A stretch of DNA of 64,000 nt from Candidatus Uhrbacteria bacterium (GTDB lineage: Bacteria > Patescibacteriota > Patescibacteriia > UBA9934 > GWF2-40-263): the NCBI GenBank assembly GCA_023246355.1, contig JAHFIQ010000005.1, positions 3,086 through 67,085 on the forward strand, given 5' to 3'. A program made the position numbers and the translations under genes. This document shows, in pieces, positions 17,318 through 26,257 of this stretch (positions are counted from its first letter, which is position 1; every line of letters begins with the position of its first letter). The notes under the pieces were generated by a model that saw only the letters and a program-made list of their open reading frames with translations, searched no databases and was not told the origin of the DNA.

Positions 17318-19726
17318 ATGCGTTCGCACTTCCTCTGTATCTGTATCCTGGCCCTCACGGGCTGTCCGACCTTCGAGGTCCAGCGAGATCCGGACGTGAC
17401 CGTCCTGCCGGTCGATCAAGACATCGACAACGACGGCGTCAGCATGGACATCGACTGCGACGACAGCGACGCGTCGATCGGTGGCCCCACGGCCTGGTAC
17501 CTCGATCTCGACGGCGATTCCTTCGGCGACAGCAACGTCTCCGAAGACGCTTGCGAGGCGTGGGATCGGTACGTGGCGATCGCCGGCGATTGCAACGACC
17601 AGGACGCCGGGATCAACCCCAGCGCGATCGAAGTGTGCGACGACGTCGACAACGACTGCGAAGGCACGATCGACGAAGGCGCAAGCGATGCCACGGCATG
17701 GTTCGCGGATGCGGATCAGGACAGCTACGGCGACGTGGAGAACTACGTCACGGCCTGCGACCAGCCCGATGGCTACATCGGCGACTGGAGCGACTGCGAC
17801 GATGCCAACCCGGCCGTGAACCCCGGCGAGTCCGAGGTCTGCGACGAGATCGACCAGAACTGCAACGGTGAAGTCGACGAGGGTGTGCAGAGCACGTACT
17901 TCGCGGACGTCGACGGCGATTCCTTCGGGGACGCCGAGAGCTCCGCGGACGCGTGTTTGGCGCCCAGTGGCTACGTGGAAGACGCGACCGATTGCAACGA
18001 CGGTGAGGCTTCGGTGAACCCGAGCGCCACCGAAGTGTGCAACGGCATCGACGACGACTGCGAAGGCACGATCGACGAAGGCGCAAGCGATGCCAGCACC
18101 TGGTACAGCGACGTCGATGGCGACGGCTTCGGCGACGTGAACGTGAGCGAGATTTCCTGCGAGGCCTCATCCGGCTTCGTGAGCGATTCCGCGGACTGCA
18201 ACGACACCGACGCCAGCGTGAACCCCTCCGCGATCGAGACCTGCGACAACATCGACAACGATTGCGATGGCGCCGTGGATCCCTCGACCTCCGTGGGCAC
18301 CGGTACCTGGTACGTGGACGACGACAACGACGGCTGGGGCGACAGCTCCGGCACGCCGGTCGTGCAGTGCACCCAGCCCGATGGCTACCTGGCCGATGCG
18401 AGCGATTGCGATGACAGCGACGCCACGGTGAACCCGAGTGGGACCGAGGTGTGCGACGGCATCGACAACAACTGCGACGGGTCCACGGATCCGGACGACA
18501 GCGCGGACGTCAGCACCTGGTACGCGGATCTGGACGGCGATGCCTTCGGGAATGCGAGCGTGAGCTCGGTTTCCTGCGAGGCCGACCCCGGGTTCGTGGC
18601 CGATGCGACCGATTGCGACGACACGGAGTCCTCGGTGAACCCGAGCGCCACCGAAGTCTGCAACGAGGTCGACGACGACTGCGACAGCGCGGTCGACGAG
18701 GACGTGGAGATCACGTTCTACGGCGACTGGGACAACGACGGGTACGGCAACAGCGCCGTCACCGAGTCGGCGTGCGAAGCCTCGGCAGGCTACGTGAGTG
18801 ATGGGAGCGATTGCGACGACACCAAGTCGGCGGTCAACCCCGGAGCGAGCGAAGTCTGCGACGAGATCGACGACGACTGTGACGGTCTCACCGACGATCA
18901 GGACGACTCTACGGACGAGTCCACGATGTCGGAGTTCTACGCCGACGCCGACGCCGACACCTACGGCGATGCCAGCTCGAGCTATGTCTCGTGCGAAGCG
19001 CCCGATGGCTACGTCGAAGACGCAACGGATTGCGACGACGGTGACGTCGGAAGCTATCCGGACGCGCCCGAGACCTGCGACGGCCTCGACAACGACTGCG
19101 ATGGCAGCGTGGACGAGAACCTCTACTCCGATTGGTACGAGGATCTCGACGGTGACCTGTTCGGCGCCGGAGCGGTGGTCAGCGTGATCTGCAACGGTTC
19201 CACCGGGAACCTCGTGGACAACGCGGACGATTGCGACGACAACGAATCGGGAACCAACCCGGACGCGACCGAGGTGTGCGACGAGATCGACAACAACTGC
19301 GACGGCGACGTCGACGAAGGTGTCGAGACGACGTACTACCAGGATGCGGACGGCGACAGCTACGGCGATGCGTCCACCAGCGACGATGCCTGCGAAGCGC
19401 CCAGCGGGTACGTGGAGGATTCCACGGACTGCGACGACGCCGATGCGAGCGTGAATCCCGGTGTGGCCGAGATCGATGCCAATGGCATCGACGACGACTG
19501 CGACGGGGGAATCGACGACGAGGGCATCTATTGCTGCCTGGACAACGACAGCGATGGCTACGGCGATCCCTCGTACTGCGAGTACGAAGGCACCGGGGTC
19601 TGCGACAGCGGCTACGTCGAAGGCGATGGCGACTGCGAAGATCACAACTACGCGGTTCACCCTCTCAGCCTGGACATTCCCGGCGACGGTGAGGATTCCG
19701 ACTGCGACGGCGATACCGAAGGCTAG
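17318..19726 (+). CDS. Large lipoprotein with ~13 MopE-like Cys/Asp repeats
   Basis: Lipobox LTGC. Repeated CDDxDxxxNPxAxExCDxIDNDCDGxVDEG units along the whole protein. AGGAGA RBS. Confidence 0.6.
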   Translation: MRSHFLCICILALTGCPTFEVQRDPDVTVLPVDQDIDNDGVSMDIDCDDSDASIGGPTAWYLDLDGDSFGDSNVSEDACEAWDRYVAIAGDCNDQDAGINPSAIEVCDDVDNDCEGTIDEGASDATAWFADADQDSYGDVENYVTACDQPDGYIGDWSDCDDANPAVNPGESEVCDEIDQNCNGEVDEGVQSTYFADVDGDSFGDAESSADACLAPSGYVEDATDCNDGEASVNPSATEVCNGIDDDCEGTIDEGASDASTWYSDVDGDGFGDVNVSEISCEASSGFVSDSADCNDTDASVNPSAIETCDNIDNDCDGAVDPSTSVGTGTWYVDDDNDGWGDSSGTPVVQCTQPDGYLADASDCDDSDATVNPSGTEVCDGIDNNCDGSTDPDDSADVSTWYADLDGDAFGNASVSSVSCEADPGFVADATDCDDTESSVNPSATEVCNEVDDDCDSAVDEDVEITFYGDWDNDGYGNSAVTESACEASAGYVSDGSDCDDTKSAVNPGASEVCDEIDDDCDGLTDDQDDSTDESTMSEFYADADADTYGDASSSYVSCEAPDGYVEDATDCDDGDVGSYPDAPETCDGLDNDCDGSVDENLYSDWYEDLDGDLFGAGAVVSVICNGSTGNLVDNADDCDDNESGTNPDATEVCDEIDNNCDGDVDEGVETTYYQDADGDSYGDASTSDDACEAPSGYVEDSTDCDDADASVNPGVAEIDANGIDDDCDGGIDDEGIYCCLDNDSDGYGDPSYCEYEGTGVCDSGYVEGDGDCEDHNYAVHPLSLDIPGDGEDSDCDGDTEG

Positions 19727-19740
19727 GTCTTCACGACCAA

Positions 19741-19778
19741 CGACCCGACTCAGCACTGCTGGGTCGGTTTTCTATTTG
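19741..19778 (+). terminator. Putative intrinsic terminator
   Basis: GC stem cgaccc/gggtcg followed by gttttctatttg. Confidence 0.4.
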
Positions 19779-19779
19779 T

Positions 19780-19850
19780 GACGATCGCAAAAAGTTTTTA
19801 GAAAATTTGCGATCGCAAAAAATTTTTCCGCCGTTTGCGATCGTCACCTT
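19780..19850. repeat. Three direct repeats containing the palindrome GCGATCG(C/T)
   Basis: gacgatcgcaaaaag / ttgcgatcgcaaaaaa / ttgcgatcgtcacc spaced about 25 bp apart, upstream of the 19995 gene. Confidence 0.4.
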
Positions 19851-19994
19851 TAGCCTGTTTGGCTAAAATAAGCTAAGAAAGTTTGTTTGCTTGGGGATAG
19901 AAGGCTTGACAGTTCTTCGGTATTCAGGCAATCTTCCAACCTCCACCAGCGCCGGCGGGATCCTCCGTTTGTGACTGGTTGAGGCCACCTCCCC

Positions 19995-22211
19995 ATGGAG
20001 AGCAACGTGAACCGATGTCTTTGGGCCCTTTGGGCCTGTGTACTGTTTTTCCTGGCAGGATGCCAGGGCTTCAACACCGCAACCGACGAGTCCTACGACA
20101 AGCAGGCAGCCTCCCGCGGCACCGGCCCGGACGATGACGGCGACGGCTACGGCGCGGTCCTCGACTGCGACGACACCGACGAGGACGTCAATCCCGGCGC
20201 CAACGAAGATCCCAGCAACGAGATCGACGACGACTGCGATGGCGCCACGGACTGCGACGACAACTCGGCCGACCTCACCGAGTCGTGCTACGACGGCGAT
20301 GACGATGGCGACTGCGCGGACACCAACGGCGACGGCGAGATCGACGTGGTCTTCCTGTGCAACGTCGACAACGACGAGAACGCAGCCACGATCGCGGCGC
20401 AGACCGGCGGCGATGCAGATCTCATCCAGAACTACATCGAGGTCGAGTACGAGGGTGACTCGGTTTCGGGCTACACCCTGCCCGATCCCGACTGCAACGA
20501 CGACAACGCGGATGTGAACCCCTCGGCCTCCGAGGTGTGCAACGGCGTGGACGACGATTGCAACGACCAGGTCGACGACGGCGTTTCGACTCCCACCGCG
20601 TTCTACGCGGATGCGGACGAGGACGGCTTCGGCGATGCGGACAGCTCGGTCACCGAGTGCGAGATGCCCTCGGGCTACGTCTCGGACTGGACCGACTGCG
20701 ACGATACCAACGCGGCGATCAATCCCGATGCGATCGAAGTCTGCGACGACGGTGACGTCGACGAAGACTGTGATGGTTCGGACGATGGTTCGGATGCGAT
20801 CGGCATGACCGACTGGTACCTCGACGCGGACGACGACTCGTACGGTGATGTCTACGTTTCCACCTCGTGCGACAACCCGTCCAGCGAAGTGCTCGTGGAC
20901 AACAGCGACGATTGCGACGACGACAACGCCGACGTGAATCCGGAAGCGATCGAGGTCTGCAACGGCTTCGACGATGACTGTGACGACATGATCGACGACG
21001 AGGACGACTCCACGGACGAGTCCACGATGACCGATTGGTACGTCGACAGTGATGTGGATGGTTACGGCAGCAGTGCCACCAGTACCACCCAGGCGTGCGA
21101 CATGCCATCGGGCTACGTCAGCAATGCCACCGACTGCAACGACTCGGCCCCCGGAATCAACCCCGCTGCCACCGAGATCTGCGACAGTGCGAACGTGGAC
21201 GAGGACTGCGACGGGCTGAGCGACAATCTGGATTCCTCTGCATCCAGTTCCGGCAAGAGCACGTTCTACGCGGACGTCGATCTCGACGGCTACGGGAACT
21301 CGGCTTCCACCAGCAGTGCCTGCGACGCCTCTACCGGCTGGGTCACGAATTCCACCGATTGCAACGACGCGGACGCGACGGCTTACCCCGGCGCTACCGA
21401 ATCGTGTGACGGTGTGGACGACGACTGCGACGGTACGGCCGACGACGGCGTGGAGACCACGTTCTACGCGGACACGGATGATGATGGTCGTGGCAATGCC
21501 AGCTCGACCGAGTCCGCCTGCGAAGCCTCCACGGGCTACGTGAGCAACTCGGACGACTGCGATGACACGGACGAGACCGTCTACTTGAACGCCGACGAGC
21601 TGTGCGACGACCAGGACAACGACTGCGACAGTGATGTCGACGAAGCGGCGGTCGATCAGACCACCTGGTCGCGCGATCGTGACGGAGACGGCTACGGAAA
21701 CCCCGATGCCGCGACCTTCACGAGCTGCGATGCGCCCGGCGGGTACGTGGAGACGAGCGGCGACTGCGATGACACGGACGAGGACGTCAATCCGGCGGCC
21801 ACGGAAGTGTTCAACGAGTACGACGACGACTGCGACGACCTGATCGACGAGAACACGAGCTGCATCACGGTGATCGAGATCTTGAACGATGGCGGTGAAG
21901 CCACGACGATTTCGGCGATCGTGAGCGACGACTCGACGCTCGACGGCGAGTGGTATCCGGGCGGCGTCCCCGGTGTGTCGGTGGTCGCGACCTCCTTGGG
22001 AGGCGACGACTGGGACTACGAGAGCACCATGGATCTGTGCATCGGGAGCTCCGGCTACGTGATCATCCACGCCGAGTTCGAGGACGGTTCCTCGCTGTGC
22101 GAGAGCATGGCGGCGACCGGCCTCGTCTACGGGACCATGGATGACATCGATCTGGACGCGGTCGCCTACGACAACCTCGACGGCACCTGCGACACGATCC
22201 TCACGCGCTAG
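19995..22211 (+). CDS. Large lipoprotein with MopE-like Cys/Asp repeats
   Basis: Lipobox FLAGC. At least 10 MopE-like repeats, then a C-terminal non-repeat ~120 aa. Confidence 0.6.
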   Translation: MESNVNRCLWALWACVLFFLAGCQGFNTATDESYDKQAASRGTGPDDDGDGYGAVLDCDDTDEDVNPGANEDPSNEIDDDCDGATDCDDNSADLTESCYDGDDDGDCADTNGDGEIDVVFLCNVDNDENAATIAAQTGGDADLIQNYIEVEYEGDSVSGYTLPDPDCNDDNADVNPSASEVCNGVDDDCNDQVDDGVSTPTAFYADADEDGFGDADSSVTECEMPSGYVSDWTDCDDTNAAINPDAIEVCDDGDVDEDCDGSDDGSDAIGMTDWYLDADDDSYGDVYVSTSCDNPSSEVLVDNSDDCDDDNADVNPEAIEVCNGFDDDCDDMIDDEDDSTDESTMTDWYVDSDVDGYGSSATSTTQACDMPSGYVSNATDCNDSAPGINPAATEICDSANVDEDCDGLSDNLDSSASSSGKSTFYADVDLDGYGNSASTSSACDASTGWVTNSTDCNDADATAYPGATESCDGVDDDCDGTADDGVETTFYADTDDDGRGNASSTESACEASTGYVSNSDDCDDTDETVYLNADELCDDQDNDCDSDVDEAAVDQTTWSRDRDGDGYGNPDAATFTSCDAPGGYVETSGDCDDTDEDVNPAATEVFNEYDDDCDDLIDENTSCITVIEILNDGGEATTISAIVSDDSTLDGEWYPGGVPGVSVVATSLGGDDWDYESTMDLCIGSSGYVIIHAEFEDGSSLCESMAATGLVYGTMDDIDLDAVAYDNLDGTCDTILTR

Positions 22212-22217
22212 CGACAG

Positions 22218-22268
22218 CTGCGGCTACATCAAATCTTCTTCGGAAGAGATGATCGTAGCCGCTTTTAT
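22218..22268 (+). terminator. Putative terminator (long imperfect hairpin plus T-rich tail)
   Basis: cggctacatcaaatcttc ttcg gaagagatgatcgtagccg then cttttatgtt. Confidence 0.35.
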
Positions 22269-22282
22269 GTTACAATTACACC

Positions 22283-23809
22283 ATGATCAACCTGCGTACG
22301 GTTTACAAACGTGCCGAAGAGCATACCGCGTGGTTTGCGGTTGGATTGTTTGCGCTGCTTACGTTGCTCATCGTGTTGCAGTCTGTTTTTTCTCCAGCAC
22401 TTGTGCTCTCTGGTGTTATCGTGGCCATTGTCTTGGTGGTTACATGTCTGCGTCCTGAACTCGCCCTTGGGCTGCTCGCGGTCTATCTCCCGTTTGAGTC
22501 CGTGTTGCTCAAGTTTGTTCCTGATGACATTTATTTCTTTGCACGCTACGGATCCGAGGCGCTTATTTATTTGGTCGCGGCCGTGGTTTTTTGGAGGATT
22601 TTCTCAGGGAAGCAAGCCTATCGCGCCACACGTTTCGATTTGCCCTTTCTTTTGTTCCTGGCTGTGCTTCTTGCCTCAACGCTCGTGAACCTTGTCTCAC
22701 CGACGGTTGCGATTCTCGGCGCGCGGCAGATTTTGCGATTCATGATCGTGTTTTTTCTTGTGGTGCAAATAGCGCCATCGAAAGCCTTCATCAAAAAACT
22801 GACCTGGATTCTGTTTGGCATTGTCGTGTTTCAGTCAGTGCTCGGAATCGCGCAGTCCGTGATCGGTGAGCCGCTGGATCAGTTGCTTCTCCCTTCCGAA
22901 GATCGTGCGCTGGGAAGCCTTGTGCTCACAGAAGGAGTCGAACAATTTTGGGATCCAGGATCGCGTGTGTTTGCCACGCTTGGTCGCTACGACCGTCTGG
23001 GAAATTTCCTGTACATTTTTCTATTGCTCGCCACCGGGTTTCTTTTTACAAAACAAATGCGTGAGAAACACACCTGGTTGCCATGGCTTTTTGCGATCGG
23101 CATTCCTGCCATGGTGCTGACGTACTCACGTTCATCTTGGTTTGCCTTTCTGTTTGGGTTCGTTTTGATTGGCCTTCTCATCAAAAAAGACCGGCGTGTT
23201 CTGGCAGGTCTCGGAGCGTTTGTGTTGTTTCTCGGTTTGGTTCTTGGCGGTTCAGGCCTCAACGTGAGTCTCATCACCGAGGCGCCTGGGCAATCCCTCA
23301 CAGAGAGATTTTATGAGAGCTTTAGTTATGCTAGATGGCGAGGGGAGTATTACGGTTTGGGTCGCGTGTTTTGGTTTATTCACACACCGCTCACGGTTGT
23401 GGCTGCTTCGCCGTTTTTGGGATTTGGTCCAGGACAGTTTGGCGGGGGCGCGGCGGCAACTCTGCGCAACACGAGTGTCTACGAAGAACTCGGACTTCCG
23501 TTTGGCGTGTTTGGTACAGAAGGATTCATCGATAACAACTGGTTTTCACTGTGGGGCGAAACAGGAACGCTGGGGATGATTTTTTATGTCTGGTTGTACG
23601 GAGGATTATTTTTCTTTGCCCTGAAGGTCGCACGGGAATCAAAAGATCCGTTCGTGCAATCGATCGCTCTGGGTGTGGCAGCGATTTTGCTTGGTGTGGC
23701 GTTCAACGGTTTTACCTCGACGATTTTGGAGATCCGCACCAGTGCGTTTTATCTCTGGCTGTACGCTGGTTTTTTGTATGTGTTCTATGAAAATCATCCA
23801 AGCCAATAA
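22283..23809 (+). CDS. O-antigen ligase/polymerase (Wzy-like) family membrane protein
   Basis: About 11 TM helices. Wzy_C-like segment LTYSRSSWFAFLFGFVLIGLL with a large periplasmic loop. Confidence 0.55.
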   Translation: MINLRTVYKRAEEHTAWFAVGLFALLTLLIVLQSVFSPALVLSGVIVAIVLVVTCLRPELALGLLAVYLPFESVLLKFVPDDIYFFARYGSEALIYLVAAVVFWRIFSGKQAYRATRFDLPFLLFLAVLLASTLVNLVSPTVAILGARQILRFMIVFFLVVQIAPSKAFIKKLTWILFGIVVFQSVLGIAQSVIGEPLDQLLLPSEDRALGSLVLTEGVEQFWDPGSRVFATLGRYDRLGNFLYIFLLLATGFLFTKQMREKHTWLPWLFAIGIPAMVLTYSRSSWFAFLFGFVLIGLLIKKDRRVLAGLGAFVLFLGLVLGGSGLNVSLITEAPGQSLTERFYESFSYARWRGEYYGLGRVFWFIHTPLTVVAASPFLGFGPGQFGGGAAATLRNTSVYEELGLPFGVFGTEGFIDNNWFSLWGETGTLGMIFYVWLYGGLFFFALKVARESKDPFVQSIALGVAAILLGVAFNGFTSTILEIRTSAFYLWLYAGFLYVFYENHPSQ

Positions 23810-24995
23810 ATTCTACTTCATGCAAGGCGGCGCCGAGCGCTACCTGCTTGATGTTTCATCCTGGCTCGCCTCTCAGAGTCACGAGGTGATTCCGTTTGCC
23901 ATGCAGCATCCGGATAATCTTGAAACGCCGTATCAAAACTATTTTCCATCGTTTGTTCAGACAGGTCGCGTGACAGCCAACTGGCAGGGGATTCGGACGC
24001 TCACACGGATGGTCTATTCCCTGGAAGCGCGCCGCAAGATGGCAACGCTCATCGCTCACACCAAACCCGACCTCGCTCACATCCACAATATTTACACGCA
24101 GCTTTCGCCGTCTATTCTCCACACACTGAAAGATCAGCACGTGCCGGTTGTGATGACGGTTCACGATCATCATCTCATCTCACCGCAGTACAACATTTGG
24201 GCGCACGGTTGTGGTGAGGATTATCGCGATGTGGGACTGGTGCGCGGCACGCTCTCCCGGTTTCACAAAAAATCCATGCTCGCCAGCTTTGCTCAGACAG
24301 CTGTCTACAAATTTCATCGCTTCTTGCAAATCTACGAACGCGGCGTTGATCTCTTTGTCTGTCCATCGCAGTACATGAAACGACAGCTCATCCGTGGCGG
24401 ATTCCCTGAGGAAAAAATTCGGGTGAACCACTTTGGCATTGATGAGAAGGTGTTTACCCCACGCTACGATCATGATCGGTATTTTTTCTATGCCGGGAGA
24501 CTCTCGGAAGAAAAAGGCGTGGAGACGATTATTCGTGCGGCCAAAATCATCGGCGACGTGAAAGTTAAAATTGCTGGCCGTGGACCTCAGAGTGATCGGC
24601 TACATCGTCTGGCTCACGATGTGCCTGGCGTAGAATTTCTCGGGTTTAGATCTCCCGAAGAGCTGAAAGAACTCTATCGCGGTGCGATCGCGGTCCTGCT
24701 CCCATCCCGTGTTCATGAAAATTTTCCTTTGATGGTTTTGGAAGCGCTTGCCTCAGGCAAGCCGGTCATTGCCAGTGATGTTGGCGGTGTGCCTGAAATG
24801 ATCGATGACCGTGTGAATGGATTCCTTGTATCTCCAACAGATGATTTCGGTTGGGTTGAGGCCATGATGCGTCTTGCCATTGACGACCGACTTTGTGAGT
24901 CCATGAGCCGTGCTGCCCGCACCACCGTTGAACATCGGTTCAAACTGGATGATCACTATCGAAGGTTGATGGAGTGTTATCAGGAGGTGATGTAA
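23769..24995 (+). CDS. Glycosyltransferase family 4
   Basis: Start MKIIQANKFYFMQGG. GT4 C-terminal signature EEKGVETIIRAAK...FPLMVLEALASGKPVIASDVGGVPEMI. Upstream part of the listed ORF is rejected. Confidence 0.7.
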   Translation, partial: VFCMCSMKIIQANKFYFMQGGAERYLLDVSSWLASQSHEVIPFAMQHPDNLETPYQNYFPSFVQTGRVTANWQGIRTLTRMVYSLEARRKMATLIAHTKPDLAHIHNIYTQLSPSILHTLKDQHVPVVMTVHDHHLISPQYNIWAHGCGEDYRDVGLVRGTLSRFHKKSMLASFAQTAVYKFHRFLQIYERGVDLFVCPSQYMKRQLIRGGFPEEKIRVNHFGIDEKVFTPRYDHDRYFFYAGRLSEEKGVETIIRAAKIIGDVKVKIAGRGPQSDRLHRLAHDVPGVEFLGFRSPEELKELYRGAIAVLLPSRVHENFPLMVLEALASGKPVIASDVGGVPEMIDDRVNGFLVSPTDDFGWVEAMMRLAIDDRLCESMSRAARTTVEHRFKLDDHYRRLMECYQEVM

Positions 24996-25021
24996 CCTAA
25001 AACTCCCCATGACAGGGAGTT

Positions 25022-26176
25022 TTAGGTGGTGCGTTGCGCCAGCTCTGGCTCAAGCCACAGAAGCTCATACAGATACTCGGTCGTCTCCGCAATATCTTTC
25101 CAGTCGTAGGTCTTGGCGATGTACGTCCGTGCCTCAGCACCGACCGCACGCACATGCTCTGGGCTCTCGAGCATCATTTTGAGATGTGTCACGAGGTCCT
25201 TGACGTCTCCGGTTTTAAATGTGAGGCCATGTTCTTTTGTGAGCTCCAGGTTTTCTGGAATATCCGAGGACAGCACACATTTTCCATAGCTCATTTCCTC
25301 TAGGACGGCAATCGGGAGACCTTCTGATTCCGACGGATGCACGGCAGCATAGGCGTTGCCAAACAAGGCATGCAATGTCTCGCCGGTTTGATTTCCTGTG
25401 AGCACGATCGATGGGTCGTCCTGAGCAAGAGTGTGGAGCTCTTTCACGTACGCATCGGTAAACGCCGAGCCTCCCACGATCGCGAGTTTTTTGTTTCCAA
25501 CCAGTTCTGGATTCTGTTGTTTGAGTTTTTTCCAAGCCTTGATGAGCACATGAGCACCCTTGTGAGCCACCAAACGAGCACACATGATGAAGTACTGGTT
25601 TGGCACAAGTCCGAAGACGTCCAAGAGTTTGGGGTCTGGGTCGGTCAGAGGAATCTGTGTGCCGTTTGGAATGTATTTGGCGTCCACGCCGTAGGAAAGT
25701 CTGATGTAGGTTTCCAGCGTCTTTGACACAGAGATGGTCGCGTCTGGAATCATGCACGCCATTCTCTCACCCAGATTCAACATGAGGCGCGCCAACACTC
25801 CCCATTTTTGATGATGGCGATCGATGCAGTGAAACGTCACGACCACTTTTGCCGATGGACGCAAGATTTTTGGAAGCCAGGATAACAGCGCCGGACCCAC
25901 GCCATGGAAGTGATACACGTCTACTTTTTCTCGTGTGGCTTTCAGGATCGAGGTGAAGGTGTGTGTGATCGCGTCCAAGTGCTTGGTGGCAATGCCCCAG
26001 GTCTTGAGACAGTGCACGCCTTTGTAGTCGCGAATCGGCCAGACATACCAGGAACGGCAAAACACGAGGACCTCATGTCCACGTGCGGCCAACTCGACTG
26101 AGAGCTCTTCCACATGCCGTTCAATGCCCCCAGATCGAGCAGGGATTCCCTTTTGCCCAATCATTGCGATTCTCAT
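25022..26176 (-). CDS. Glycosyltransferase family 4
   Basis: MRIAMIGQKGIPARSGGIERHVEELS N-terminus and GT4 C-terminal domain (ESEGLPIAVLEEMSYGKCVLSSDI). Confidence 0.7.
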   Translation of the reverse strand: MRIAMIGQKGIPARSGGIERHVEELSVELAARGHEVLVFCRSWYVWPIRDYKGVHCLKTWGIATKHLDAITHTFTSILKATREKVDVYHFHGVGPALLSWLPKILRPSAKVVVTFHCIDRHHQKWGVLARLMLNLGERMACMIPDATISVSKTLETYIRLSYGVDAKYIPNGTQIPLTDPDPKLLDVFGLVPNQYFIMCARLVAHKGAHVLIKAWKKLKQQNPELVGNKKLAIVGGSAFTDAYVKELHTLAQDDPSIVLTGNQTGETLHALFGNAYAAVHPSESEGLPIAVLEEMSYGKCVLSSDIPENLELTKEHGLTFKTGDVKDLVTHLKMMLESPEHVRAVGAEARTYIAKTYDWKDIAETTEYLYELLWLEPELAQRTT

Positions 26177-26257
26177 ATTGACGCTGCAGTATAACAAAAA
26201 AAGGCCATTTTGTCAATGGTCTCCACCAGAAAAAGGCCTAAAATAGCCTAAAGATTA

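Noticed and set aside
13579-22070. Other long ORFs in the GC-rich island: 13579..14661(-), 13793..14251(-), 13877..14290(+), 15278..16069(+), 15352..17064(-), 16074..16910(+), 17748..18170(-), 18167..19756(-), 19863..22070(-), plus many Arg-rich 60-160-aa frames
   Set aside because: All are shadow or alternative-frame ORFs of the five plus-strand lipoprotein genes. Their translations are R/G/V/A/P homopolymeric with no signal peptides or motifs. The real genes carry lipoboxes, RBSs and repeated Cys/Asp motifs.
23673-23768. Upstream extension of the 23673..24995 GT4 ORF
   Set aside because: Overlaps the end of the Wzy-like gene in another frame. GT4 homology and a plausible start begin at Met 23769.
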